From: Selaginella moellendorffii
Taxonomy: Eukaryota; Plantae; Lycopodiophyta
Assembly: GCF_000143415.4 (NCBI RefSeq)
Contig: NW_003314344.1
Coordinates: 745,737 to 809,736, forward strand
Reading direction: 5' to 3'
DNA: 64,000 bases
The position numbers were made by a program, and so were the translations under genes. Shown piece by piece: positions 1 through 11,319 of the stretch. The notes beneath the pieces are model-generated. The model was not told the DNA's origin, did no database searches, and was given only the letters and a program-made list of their open reading frames with translations. Each line of letters opens with the position of its first letter. The first letter of the stretch is position 1.

Positions 1-234
1 GCTCGACTTACGCAGGAGCCATTGTCGAGTAGCGAGATCGAGGTTGCCGTGTACACGGATTCCAAGCACGCCGAGAGGCTTCGAGCGGTTTACTCGGCTC
101 CAGAGACGGTCGAAGCTGGCTACGTCCCAACCAAGAGATACGAGTTCTTGGGAAGTAGACGAAACTTTGAGGGGCTTAGGCGCTTGAGCGTCGAGAAGAA
201 CGGCCAAGTATATCAGCTCTGCTTGGGATCGTAA
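1..234 (+). CDS. 3' end of an unidentified protein-coding gene entering from the left edge
   Basis: Frame 1 is open from base 1 to TAA at 232-234, with coding-like composition and an AT-rich tail. It converges on GSA. No family recognised. Confidence 0.4.
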   Translation, partial: ARLTQEPLSSSEIEVAVYTDSKHAERLRAVYSAPETVEAGYVPTKRYEFLGSRRNFEGLRRLSVEKNGQVYQLCLGS

Positions 235-311
235 AAACTCTGTAATATAAGTCTCAAAATAAGCTGTGAATTTCCTTCGAAGAAAAAAAAGCTGATAGCC
301 AGTGTATACCT

Positions 312-1894
312 TCAAATGCTGGAAAGTACTTCCTTGCCCATGGCTAGAGTGAAGTCAATGTCCTCTTCCGTGTGAGCCAAGCTCGTAAAACCCGCTTCAA
401 ACTGGGACGGAGCCAAGTAGACGCCTCGCTCGAGCATGCCTCTGTGAAACCTCGCAAACTTTGCCGTGTCACTCTTCTTTGCGTCCTCGAAGTTGTGGAC
501 TGGGCCTTTAGCGAAGAAGAAACCAAACATCCCCCGGATGTATCCACCGCACATATCATGCCCCGCATTCTTCCCAGCTTCCAGGAGGCCTTGAACTAGC
601 TTTCCCGATACTTTGTCCAGATACTCATACGTCCCGGAGTTCTGGAGCCGCTTGAGCGTGTGAATTCCAGCAGTCATTGCTAAAGGATTTCCACTGAGAG
701 TACCTGCTTGGTACATGGGACCAGCCGGTGCAACCATCTCCATGATCTCCCTCTTTCCACCGTAGGCACCGACGGGCAGTCCCCCACCAATCACTTTACC
801 CAGCGTTGTCAAGTCTGGAGTGATGCCAAAGTATTCCTGTGCACCTCCGTAAGCTATCCTGAATCCGGTCATGACTTCGTCGAAAACGAGAAGAGCGCCC
901 TCGTTCTTCGTCACCTCCCTCAATCCTTCCAAAAACTCCTTGCTGGGAGCTATGAACCCGGCATTTCCCACGACTGGCTCCAAAACTACGGCAGCAACCT
1001 CGCCTTTGTAGTCTTGGAAGAGCTGCTTCACAGCATCCAAATCGTTGTAACCCGCAGTAAGCGTCGAGGAAGTGGCTCCTTTAGGCACTCCGGGCGAATC
1101 CGGGAGTCCAAGCGTTGCAACACCGCTCCCAGCTTTGACGAGGAACGAATCAGCGTGGCCATGGTAGCAGCCTTCGAACTTGATAACTTTCTCTCGCCCC
1201 GTGAAGGCTCTTGCAAGCCGCAGCATTCCCATGCACGCCTCTGTGCCCGAGTTGACAAACCGGACCATTTCCACGCTTGGGACTGCGTCGATGACGAGCT
1301 TTGCGAGCTCGTTCTCCACGGCACAGGGAGCACCAAAGCTCGTACCATTCTTCGCAGCCTCGGCTAGAGCTTTAAGTACCTGGCAGCGAAGTTTTTCTCA
1401 TCGATCGATCATACAAAAAAGTAGAAAAAGTAGAGTACCTCGTCGTCGGCATGGCCTATAATCGCAGGACCCCAGCTGCCAACATAATCAACGTACTCAT
1501 TTCCATCCACGTCCCAAGCTCGCGATCCTTTGACGCGATCAAAGATAATCGGCTGCCCACCCACAGACTTGAAAGCTCTAACCGGCGAATTTACTCCTCC
1601 TGGCATCAAGTCCTGGAAAATATAGCTCGATAAGCTCCGTTCTAAGAGGAGAAAAAAGCCTGGTTCTAAGCTACAGCTCCTCGGCAAGGCAAATCTCCCT
1701 AGAACAAGTAGAATGTGGGAATAGCCTACCTTGGCCTCCTTGAAAATCTCCTCGGACTTGCGCGTGACGAATTTCTTCTCCACGGACACCGCCATTTGCG
1801 ATCCGGAAGCTCGGCAAGCCGATCCACGCGGGCGCGGGCGAGAATTTGGAGATGGCCTCCATTCCACAGAGAGACCCGCCATCGCCGCGGCCAT
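312..1894 (-). CDS. GSA: Glutamate-1-semialdehyde 2,1-aminomutase, plastid (3 exons: 1894-1730, 1612-1439, 1379-312)
   Basis: Motifs [68 protein letters not shown] (PLP lysine). Transit-peptide-like N-terminus; GT-AG introns. Confidence 0.97.
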
Positions 1895-1978
1895 TGGCCT
1901 AACAGTGAGTAAATATTTTTGCGAGAAGACCTTATCAGCAGGCCAGGTCTGAGGTTCGATACTGGCCAAAAACACACA

Positions 1979-2950
1979 ATGCTAACGGCGATGAAATTTC
2001 GTTCTGTGTGCTCCTCTCCACCGCGAGAAAATTTTACTCCTTCACGAGGCCTTGGGGTTAGGGTTTCGTGCGCGAGGAGGAGGAAGAGTGGCGCGCTTGG
2101 AGTGGCGGTGTCGGCGGCAACAGCGCTTCTCCGATTCTTGGAACGCCGGTGAGCTAGATCGTAATGCAGCTAGTGAATTGACTCTTTGTTGCAGGGATTT
2201 TGATGCAGTGAGCGATTCTGCCGTGGACGATGAGTCGAGTTTCCAGTTGGAAGAGGTTTTGGCGCGTCTAAAATCCGACTACGATCGATCCTACTTTCTC
2301 ACAGGTTTTTTGAGGTCATGATGTGTGGATTTTTTTAAAAAAATTTCTTAGGAGACTTCACGCGTAGTATATACAAAGAAGATTGCTTCTTTGCCGATCC
2401 AACTATACAATTCCAAGGTAAGTCACTGATGATCATCTGGCTGGTTGACGAGAATGAAACTCTTTCCAGGAAGAGATTTGTATAGGCGCAACTTAATGCT
2501 ATTATCTCCATTTTATGAAAGTCCATCGCTGGTTCTGCTGGATATCAAACCAGACCCAGAGGTACTGCTTGATTCACTTAGTGTTTCTTTTTCTTTCGTT
2601 TCTGGTCGGGTAATGGTTAACTTGGATTAACTTCAGGTTTGCGAAAGTGATCAAAAAGCTATAGTCGCGTTTTGGAGGCTAAGGTTCGTCTGTCGGTCTC
2701 TTACGAAGCAGTAAATCCCAGCGTGTTGACAGTGGTTTGCGTGTAGAACATACTTGAAGCTTCCATGGCGGCCACTGGTCACGCTGGATGGTTCCACCAA
2801 ATACAAGCTTGACTCCTCGTGCAGGGTAACTATCACTCTGGATCTCTCGATTATGACTTTCATTTTTTCTTGTAGATAACCTCGCATGTTGAGAGCTGGA
2901 GTATCTCTCCACTGCAAGCTTTATCACAGTTATTTAGAAGCGGCCTATGA
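1979..2950 (+). CDS. DUF2358 / NTF2-like plastid-type protein, 7 exons
   Basis: Spliced product contains [43 protein letters not shown]...WRLR...LKLPWRP...[13 protein letters not shown], as in plant DUF2358 proteins. All introns GT-AG. Confidence 0.8.
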
Positions 2951-3138
2951 AGAAGACGGATGCGTTTGGAATATGCTAATTATGTGGTACTGGAAACGTA
3001 TGAGAACATATCTCACTCGGTCACTCTGCTATGGTCCACGTGCATTGGATATTTGAGTCTGGGTACGAGAAGAATCAGCGCTGCTAAGCGGGTCTGATTA
3101 TTTCGGGGAATAGGCGGTGCCCTGGGACAGGAGCAACA

Positions 3139-4649
3139 ATGTCTGTGAGAGCAGGAGTCTTTGCAAGCCAAATCGGTACCAGATGTAGCGGCTGCCACAA
3201 TCGCCAGTTCAAGATATACAGCCAGCCACGGGTTGCAAGGCCAGGAGGGGTTTTTGGTCTCGGCCGTCATACCATTGCTCTAGCAGGAGCACCTGGAAAC
3301 AGGACGAAGCAGGCTGCTACTACGAAGGAAAATTCTTTGCTAGTGCTCGACGAGAATGGTACCGGAGCCAAGAAGTTTTTCAGCAGTGTTTCGAGCAACA
3401 TCCAGAAGATCATCAGCGATACTCTGAAGGTTCTGCAGAAGCCAGCGATAGCTCTGCTCCTCATTGGGCTACTACTGGGTTCTCCAGAGGATGCTCTCTC
3501 GGCAAGTGGTGGAAGAATGGGAGGAAGATCGTTTTCATCTGGCGGTGGTGGTAGATCAAGCCAGACGTACTCTCTACCTCGGTCCGGGGGCTCCAGCTCC
3601 AGCTTCAACGCGTACAGCTTCGCGGCTCCATCACCTTTGATTGGAGGTGGATTGTATTTGACGCCGGGATACAGTGTTGGGTTCGGAGGCGGTGGCATCG
3701 TGCTTATGTTGCTGCTTGGATTCGTGGCGTTTCAACTCGTCAGCGGCTTTTTAGTAGATCGCGATCAAGAAATAGGCACAACGAAAACGAGTGTTATGAA
3801 ACTCCAGGTGATGTAATTCACTGCCGTTTTGTTTGGTTTTCAACCAACATTTTGTTTGCAGGTAGGCCTGCTTGGAATGGCTCGCTCGTTGCAACGGGAG
3901 CTAGAACAACTGGCCAATCGTGCAGATACCTCGAATCCATCCGGACTACATTATATTCTTACAGGTACGAATTTTTATTTCTCTTCTTGCGAAATGCAAT
4001 ATTGATTTTATTTTTTGGTGTACCAGAAACTGTACTCTCACTTATGCGGCATCCGGACTTTTGCATTTCGGGGACATCGTCAGTGAGTCTGCTATTTCTT
4101 TTATCTAATTTGCGATATAATCTCCTCTTTTTTTGGCTTCTCTCAGTCTGAAGTAAAGAGGTCGGTGGAAGCTGGCGAGGCAAGGTTCAATGAGCTGTCT
4201 CTGGAGGAGAGAGGCAAGTTCGTCGAGGAAACGCTCGTGAGCGTGGACAGCATCAGGAAGCGAACTAGTCCGAGATCGTTTTCGGGCAAGACATTCAACA
4301 ACGAATACATTGTGGTAGGCATGGATCGTATAAAATCGAATCCCACTTCCTCTAAACATTTATAACTCCTTTGTAGGTGACCGTCCTGGTAGCTGTGCAG
4401 GGATCACACAAGCTACCCACAGTAAACAGCAATACGGACCTCAAGGCTGCTCTCAGCAAGCTTGGATCCATTCCCGTGCAGCAGTTGCTCGTAAGTCGTT
4501 TTGGTCGTCTTGAGTGTTTTAGCTGTTAGTGGTGGTGGCCATTGGTTTGTTTGCAGGCAGTGGAGGTGTTGTGGACGCCACAAGACGAGAATGATGCTCT
4601 CACCGAGAATGAGCTGCTAAGAGATTATCCACTACTCAGGCCGCTGTGA
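3139..4649 (+). CDS. FLAP1: DUF1517 family protein (FLAP1-like)
   Basis: ASGGRMGGRSFSS, a TM segment, KTSVMKLQVGLLGMARSLQREL, ETVLSLMRHPDFCIS, RFNELSLEERGKF, VEVLWTPQDENDAL...LLRDYPLLRPL*. Confidence 0.88.
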
Positions 4650-5042
4650 GACGAAGAGGTAAACTCTCTTCGAGATTTTCTTTTTGGACCTTTTCAAGGA
4701 ATTGTTCGTTTGGCGCAGAGAAGCAAACTTTGTTTTGGAAAGCGATGATCCTTATCCAAAACGTTGGACTTTGGTGCCACTTGCTGGGATTAGATAGCTA
4801 AAAGGATGGCCGCGGCATCTCATGAAGTATAGCAAAGTCCAAGGCTGCATTCTACGTCGTTCCAAACGACACTTTTCTTTTTTTTTTCTTCTCTCGTGCT
4901 GAGCACACAGAACAAAAGATTCGCGAGACAAAGGAGAGGGATAATAGGATATGCCCGCGAAAGAGTTGACCTACGAGCACAAGTGACGGTTTCATCATGC
5001 GCAAGTGGTGGCCCCGCCACAGCATCGGACGCACCCCATTAT

Positions 5043-5085
5043 GCCACGTCGGCGAGATGAGCATATTCGGTGGAGCTTACGTGGC
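5043..5085. promoter_or_regulatory. Pair of oppositely oriented ABRE/G-box-like elements upstream of WNK
   Basis: GCCACGT at 5043-5049 and ACGTGGC at 5079-5085. Motif match only. Confidence 0.35.
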
Positions 5086-5442
5086 CGAAATACTTCCAGA
5101 TGGCGTAGTTTGGTTGTGTCGGGTTGGCGGCCAAGGGTTTGAGCGAGCTCACGGAGTTCATACGATCGACTCTCTCTTTTTTTTCTTCTTCTTCTTTGGC
5201 GGTGCTCTCCAATTCTGTGAATCTGGAATGAGAGCTCACGAGCTTTGAATTCTTTCTCGCTTCAGCGTCTTCCAATTGGTATTTTAAGATTTTCCTCTCC
5301 ACGAGAGCTCAGGAATCGCAGAGAAGAGACAACATTTTTTTTCTCTATCCCCTTTTTTGGGGGGTTTGGGTGATGATCCATGAAACTAGCGGAATGGATG
5401 CTTCTTTCCGGCAAGAAGGGGCTACCAATTGAGTAGCTTAAA

Positions 5443-7829
5443 ATGCCTGCTAGCAAACCAGGAGTAGAGAGTGATGCCGGAAGTGAGTTTGTGGAGATCG
5501 ATCCCACTGGTCGCTATGGTCGGGTAAGTTCTTGCTGCCCATTCTTCTTCTTCCAAGCTTGCTAAGCAGTGTGTTTGTCCATTCATCTTGCAGTACAGCG
5601 AAGTTCTCGGCAAAGGAGCATTCAAAGCTGTGTATCCTTTCTTTTGATCGATTCGTTCCAGTGTGTGTTTGATCCTTGACTTTTGAGATGATCTTAGATA
5701 CCGGGCGTTCGATGAAGTGGATGGCCTCGAGGTTGCCTGGAACCAAGTCAATGTCCAAGATCTCCTGCGAAGTCCCGACGATCTTGAGCGTTTGTACTCG
5801 GAAGTTCATCTTCTAAAGACGCTCAAGCACAAGAACATCATCAAGTTCTACACATCCTGGGTGGATTCCAAGCGGAGAAATGTCAACTTCATCACAGAGA
5901 TCTTCACATCCGGTACATTGCGACAGTAAGTCTTTCGATTGAAGTAAGTCTTCGAAATTCCATTGGACTGTTCGATGATCATCAGGTACCGCAAAAAGCA
6001 CAAGAATGTTGACATGAAAGCCGTGAAAAACTGGGCCAGGCAGATACTCCGTGGATTGCTCTACCTCCATAGCCATGATCCACCCATCATCCACCGGGAC
6101 TTGAAGTGTGACAACATATTTGTGAATGGAAACTATGGCGAAGTTAAGATCGGAGACCTCGGCCTCGCCACCATTCTTCGACAAGCTCACGCTGCTCACA
6201 GTGTGATTGGTAAGTGTTTCGTTTTCTAAGAGGTGCTTTTAGAGTTTCTCCTCTTTTTCGTTCTTTTTGTCCTTTCTAAGAGTTGTGCATGGCATGGTGA
6301 TGGTAACTTGGATTGCCCTGGTTCCTCTCATCCAGGGTAATGGCGTTTTGCAGGTACTCCAGAGTTTATGGCCCCGGAGCTTTACGAGGAAGAATACGAC
6401 GAGCTGGTGGACATATACTCGTTTGGGATGTGTGTTTTGGAGATGGTTACATTTGAGTACCCCTACAGCGAGTGCACGAATGCCGCACAGATTTATAAGC
6501 GAGTCACTTCCGTAAGTTTGATCTTTTTTCCTCTTTCTTGGAACTTATCTTTCATTCTTTCTATGTCTGTGTGATTTTGATCGTGAGCAGGGAAAGAAAC
6601 CAGCTGCCTTTGAGAAGGTGAAGGATCCGGAGGTCCGGAAGTTCATCGAGAAATGTTTAGCAGCAGTCTCCAGAAGACTTCCTGCCCGGGAGCTCTTGAT
6701 GGATCCATTCCTTCGATGTGACGGGGAGCGAGAGACTCTGGAATGTATCCCAGTGATTCGAAAGCAATCCCGAGTTGACGATATGGAGGAGCTGCGGTCT
6801 TCCGCTGTGACAAATCACGAATCCGATCAAGGCGATTCGGATCAGCAAAGAAAAAGCATAGATTTCAAAGTCAAGGGGAGGCGACGAGAAGACGACACTA
6901 TATTCTTGAGGCTGAGGATCGCAGATCCGGAAGGTATATAACTTATCTCTTTCATACTTATCTTATGTTTTTTCTTGCGAGCACTGTGCACAGGTCATAT
7001 ACGCAACATCCATTTTCCTTTCGACGTCGAGGGCGACACAGCGCTGAGCGTAGCGAGTGAGATGGTGGCGGAGTTGGATCTCTCAGACCAAGATGTTACC
7101 ACCATCGCCGAGATGATCGACGCAGAGATCCTCAACTTGGTCCCGGACTGGAAGCCAGGAGCAGCCTTTGACGAGAGTGGTGGCGATGGAGAAAACAACT
7201 ACATAGATGGCGATGACATGAAGAACCTTGGGGACGCCACGGACAACGTCTCCTCGGATGGTTCTCACTTCGCGAGTGGGAACATCAAGCGGCACCTTTC
7301 TCCACAGCTCCCGTGCGTGGATGTGGCATCTCCTCCTCGCGGCGAAGGGACGATGTATGGAAGATTTGAAGAGGTCTACTCGGGTGGCTCGGACCCGTCG
7401 GAGGCGAATGCTTTCTTCTCCAACGAGTCCTCGGACGATGGTGAAGAGACGAGCTTCCCGGCAACTCCAAAGTCGGATGCTAGCGATGGTAGCGTCTCGT
7501 CGAGCTTGAATCCGAGCTTGTCGGCGGTGGAAGAGCCCCCGGAGCAAGATCCAGCGTCGTTCAACAAGCTGGTGGAGCTGAGGAGGAGTGATTCATCGCA
7601 GGACCATGCGTATAGCTGGGAAGGGATCGCAGTGGAAAGAGAACAAACACTGGCGGCGGAATCATCGTCTTGTGGTGGGGTGACAGATTTCTACAAGGCT
7701 GGAGAAGAAGATGGCGAAGAAATGGCGCACGAAATGATGCTGCTCATGTTAAAGCAAGAGGAGGAGATCAAGGAGTTACAAAAGAGACACGAGCAAGCTT
7801 TGTTTATGGTGAGAAACAAAAGCATATGA
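5443..7829 (+). CDS. WNK: WNK (with-no-lysine) Ser/Thr kinase, multi-exon
   Basis: [84 protein letters not shown], and the autoinhibitory segment [25 protein letters not shown]. Confidence 0.96.
5632..5697 (+). other. U12-type (minor spliceosome) GT-AG intron, WNK intron 2
   Basis: 5' site GTATCCTTT; branch-like TCCTTGAC at 5673-5680; AG 18 nt after the branch A. Removal gives the conserved FKAV-YRAFDE. Confidence 0.85.
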
Positions 7830-7974
7830 TCCCAGAAAGGTGGCACACACTTGTTCTTGTGTTACTATTGGATTGTTCTTATATTTCTAATATATTTGCT
7901 TTGGATGAATTCCTCCAAAAGAATAAAAAGAACATCATGAGGAGCTGGAGCGCAAGTGATTCCCCTATGTCAAA

Positions 7975-9087
7975 TCAATCGTTCCTGCAAGCGTATAAAA
8001 ACAATGAGAAACCTGTGGAAGAATCTCGCTGCTGCTGCTGCTGCTGCTGCTGTTGGCTCAGCCATGGCTGCTTGATCTCCTCTCCACTGGAAGAACACAT
8101 CTGGAACATAAACACCGCGGAATTCGCAGGAGCGTTGCCACCACCACTAAACAACCAGTTGTGAACATCCCAGAAAACTTCCACCTGCTGACCATCGATG
8201 ACGATGGTCTGATTCCCCCGGAACTTCCACGCCAATCTCTTCACCTGGACCACCACCTTCCGGTCGATCCTGATGCAAAGCCTCGGCTCCTTGAGGCTCG
8301 GCTTGCCACTGCTACTCCGGCTGCTGCTACTGTGACCGCTGCTGTTGCTCGAGCCGGAGCTCAATCCACTGCTGCCACTTGCGCTGGTACTGTTCCCATT
8401 CCGGCTATGGTGGTAGTCGTCGCCATCGCCATCGCCGTGATCGCCATCTCCGTGACCGCAGCCTCTATGGCTGCCCGCTCCCAGCGTCGGGCACTCGATG
8501 ATCACTTCGTGGAGCTCACCACCCTCGCAGAAGCTAGCCTTGGTGGCGAAGAACTTCTTCCCGTAGAGGTGCTCTCGCCTGGAAAGCAAGCTCGCCTTGA
8601 TCGAAGCCGGCTTGGCAGCGCGCAGCCTCTTCCAGGCCTCCCTGCTGCTGCTCAGGCCCTTGCCCGGGTGGTGCTGATCGCCCAACTGGAGAACGATCTC
8701 TTCCTCACACACAATGGCCACCAGGAAGCTCGCCACTGGCTCGGGGCCCCCTCCCGGCGAGTACTTGGCCGAGGAGAGATCCCAGAACACCTCGACCTGG
8801 CGATTCCCCAGCTCGAAGCCTTTGGATCCGTGCTTCTTCCAGAAGAGCCATGGCCGGAGCTCCACCTTGCAGCCAAACTTTCCATCGTCCACACCCACAT
8901 TCAAGCCCTGACCGATGACGTTCTTGGACCAGGTGACTGTGACGATCCGGCATTGGCCCGCGAGCTTGGTCCGGTACAAGCACGACACGGAGTTTTGATT
9001 CATCGCCGCCGCCTTCCTGCCCAGCGATGCTGAATGATCGCTACTCACCTCCACGCCGTAATCGCCGAAGCAAGACGCCGCCGCCAT
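7975..9087 (-). CDS. DUF868 family plant protein, intronless
   Basis: QNSVSCLYRT, TVTWSKN, KVELRPWLFWKKHGSK, VFWDLSSAKY..GPEP, LSRREHLYGKK, VKRLAWKFRGNQTI, VFWDVHNWLF, GFSLFLYA. Confidence 0.93.
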   Translation of the reverse strand: MAAASCFGDYGVEVSSDHSASLGRKAAAMNQNSVSCLYRTKLAGQCRIVTVTWSKNVIGQGLNVGVDDGKFGCKVELRPWLFWKKHGSKGFELGNRQVEVFWDLSSAKYSPGGGPEPVASFLVAIVCEEEIVLQLGDQHHPGKGLSSSREAWKRLRAAKPASIKASLLSRREHLYGKKFFATKASFCEGGELHEVIIECPTLGAGSHRGCGHGDGDHGDGDGDDYHHSRNGNSTSASGSSGLSSGSSNSSGHSSSSRSSSGKPSLKEPRLCIRIDRKVVVQVKRLAWKFRGNQTIVIDGQQVEVFWDVHNWLFSGGGNAPANSAVFMFQMCSSSGEEIKQPWLSQQQQQQQQQRDSSTGFSLFLYACRND

Positions 9088-9516
9088 TGCCGATGGAGCG
9101 ATCGATCGGCCGATCCCTCACAGAACAGGCATTGGATCGAGCTGCTAGGAGCTCGCCACGAAATATCGAGAGAAAATCTTGGCTCCTATCTTCTTGGAAC
9201 ACCCCAAATGGATGGGATCGATCGATCGCAAAGAAAAACCCCAGCAATGCGATGCTGCCTTTTCGGAGATCTAGGGCAAGCGCTTTGGATCCAATCGCCA
9301 AAGGATGGGGTGTTCTTCCAAGATCAAAATATATAAAAAAGAAAAGAAAAAAAGAAAAAGAGGAAAATCGTAAACAAAAAAGGAAAAACAACTGTCATCC
9401 GCCTTTTCATTTTCACTTTTCCAGCACATCAATTATCCATAGCCGTCGGATGCCAAAAATGCCCAGATCTGCCGCCTGGGCCGACGGATCTGCCACGTGA
9501 GAAGTCAACGGACACG

Positions 9517-11319
9517 TCAATGCGACACGTCCGCCCTAAGATTTCGAAAATGTCTCAAGTCGATGGCCATGACGCTTATGTCGTCTTGAGAACCTCTGCT
9601 CGCCGCGAGCTCGGCCAGTTTCTTCGTCGACGCTGCTAATCCTCCAACGCTACTCATCTCTGCCGATCTAATCTCGTCTCCTACGCAATCTACAGCCTCT
9701 TGATTCGACACCTAGAGCAAGAGAATCGAGTTAGAAAAGAGCGGGCAGAAAGAAATGCTACACAACTTACCACGTCCCAAAGCCCATCAGATGCTAGCAA
9801 CAAAAACTCACAATCCTCATCGACGGCGAGCTTTTGGATCTCGGGTTCTGCGGACACCCATCTTTTGAGATGGATATCACCAATGCCTCTTGACACCGCC
9901 AGCACTCCTTGTAATCTCCAAACACCCGAGTACAAATCAACGTAGCCACCCTGTAGAGCAAAGCTTGTAAGCCCATAGAACTTCAAACAGAAAAATAAAC
10001 TTCACTTACCAGATCTTCCACTCTTCGTCTCTCGTCCTCGCGAGCAAGCCTGTGATCTTCTGTGAGAGCTACAGCGACTCCATTTCTACTCATCACTGCA
10101 CGGCAGTCTCCAGCATTTGCGACCACCAGCGATCCATCCTGTATAAAGGCTGTGACGCAGCTTGCTCCACTTGAAAGTTGCTGCAAAATAAATAAAAAGT
10201 TCCTTCCAGTTAGCCATCGCCGAGTTTTTCTTCACTTTTCTTCTACGGGGACTTTCGAAGAAATTTACCTTCTTAAGGAACGCAGCGTCCGTTGAAAGAT
10301 ATCCCACTCTCACAGCGGCTTCCAAGTCGCGTTCTCCATTGTCAAGAGCATCACGGATGTTTCGGGACAAGTTGTCGGCAGCAAACTCGGCCGCTACGCG
10401 TCCCCCGTGACCATCGAAAATTCCAAAGAAAGCCTGTAGCGAGAAAATCCAGCGACCCAGTCAGTAATCAGATCCAGAAACTCACGTAGAAACAGTCAAG
10501 ATTTTTAAAAAACACTGTTCCAATTGCACGAGAAGAAATCAAAGACCCAGTCATCAAGCAATCAAAGTACAGAGGAGATCAGCTTACATGTCTCGAGTTT
10601 CCATCAATGTCAAGAACAGCTTGATACGCATCCTCGAGAACTTCTCTGTGACCCTTTTTGCTGTGAATTCCATAGCCTTTTCCCTCCGCTGAGATATCCA
10701 TTGGAACGTCCTTATGATCCGGCTTGACAACCTCCGACTCACCACCCGAGCTGGGAATTTGCAGCTTTGGAGGTCTTTTCCTCTTCAAAGGCGAAACCAC
10801 TGTCACTGTGATTTGCTTCTCAGTGTTTTCTTTGGCCACCTTGTCACCACCCCACTTTGTTTGCGACAATCCTCGAAAAGAAGGAGAATTCCCCTTGATC
10901 CTCTTGCTGGCGGCCCCTGCTTTGGCCCGAAATCCCAGCGATGGACTGCTATCCGTATCCGGCGAGCTAGATCTGTTAATCTCTGTCTTGAGCTCCAGGA
11001 GAGGGCTTCTTGGAGTTCCTCTTGTCGGAGTAGGCGCGACGCAAGACGAGCAATTCTCATAGCTACAAAATCCCCCGAACGCGTTGGCCAGCGTTTGCGA
11101 TTGCAATGGCGACAAATTCAGCCGCATTGCCGGCGGTAGTGAGAGAGGAGGCGGGCTAGAAACCGCCAGATTCCGTGGCTTGAGGAGCGGTGTGCGAGGC
11201 AAAATCTCCTCCGACGCCTCAAATTTCTCCACGGACACGCAATGCAAGCTTCGCCCCAAACCTGTCCAGCGGTCGAAAATGTCCCTGCCCCATCCCGCAG
11301 CTGTCTCGGCAATCGACAT
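9517..11319 (-). CDS. Protein phosphatase 2C (AP2C/clade B-like), multi-exon
   Basis: KIM-like [71 protein letters not shown]. Confidence 0.93.

Noticed and set aside
8053-9033. 326-aa plus-strand ORF
   Set aside because: Antisense to DUF868, with no recognisable motifs.
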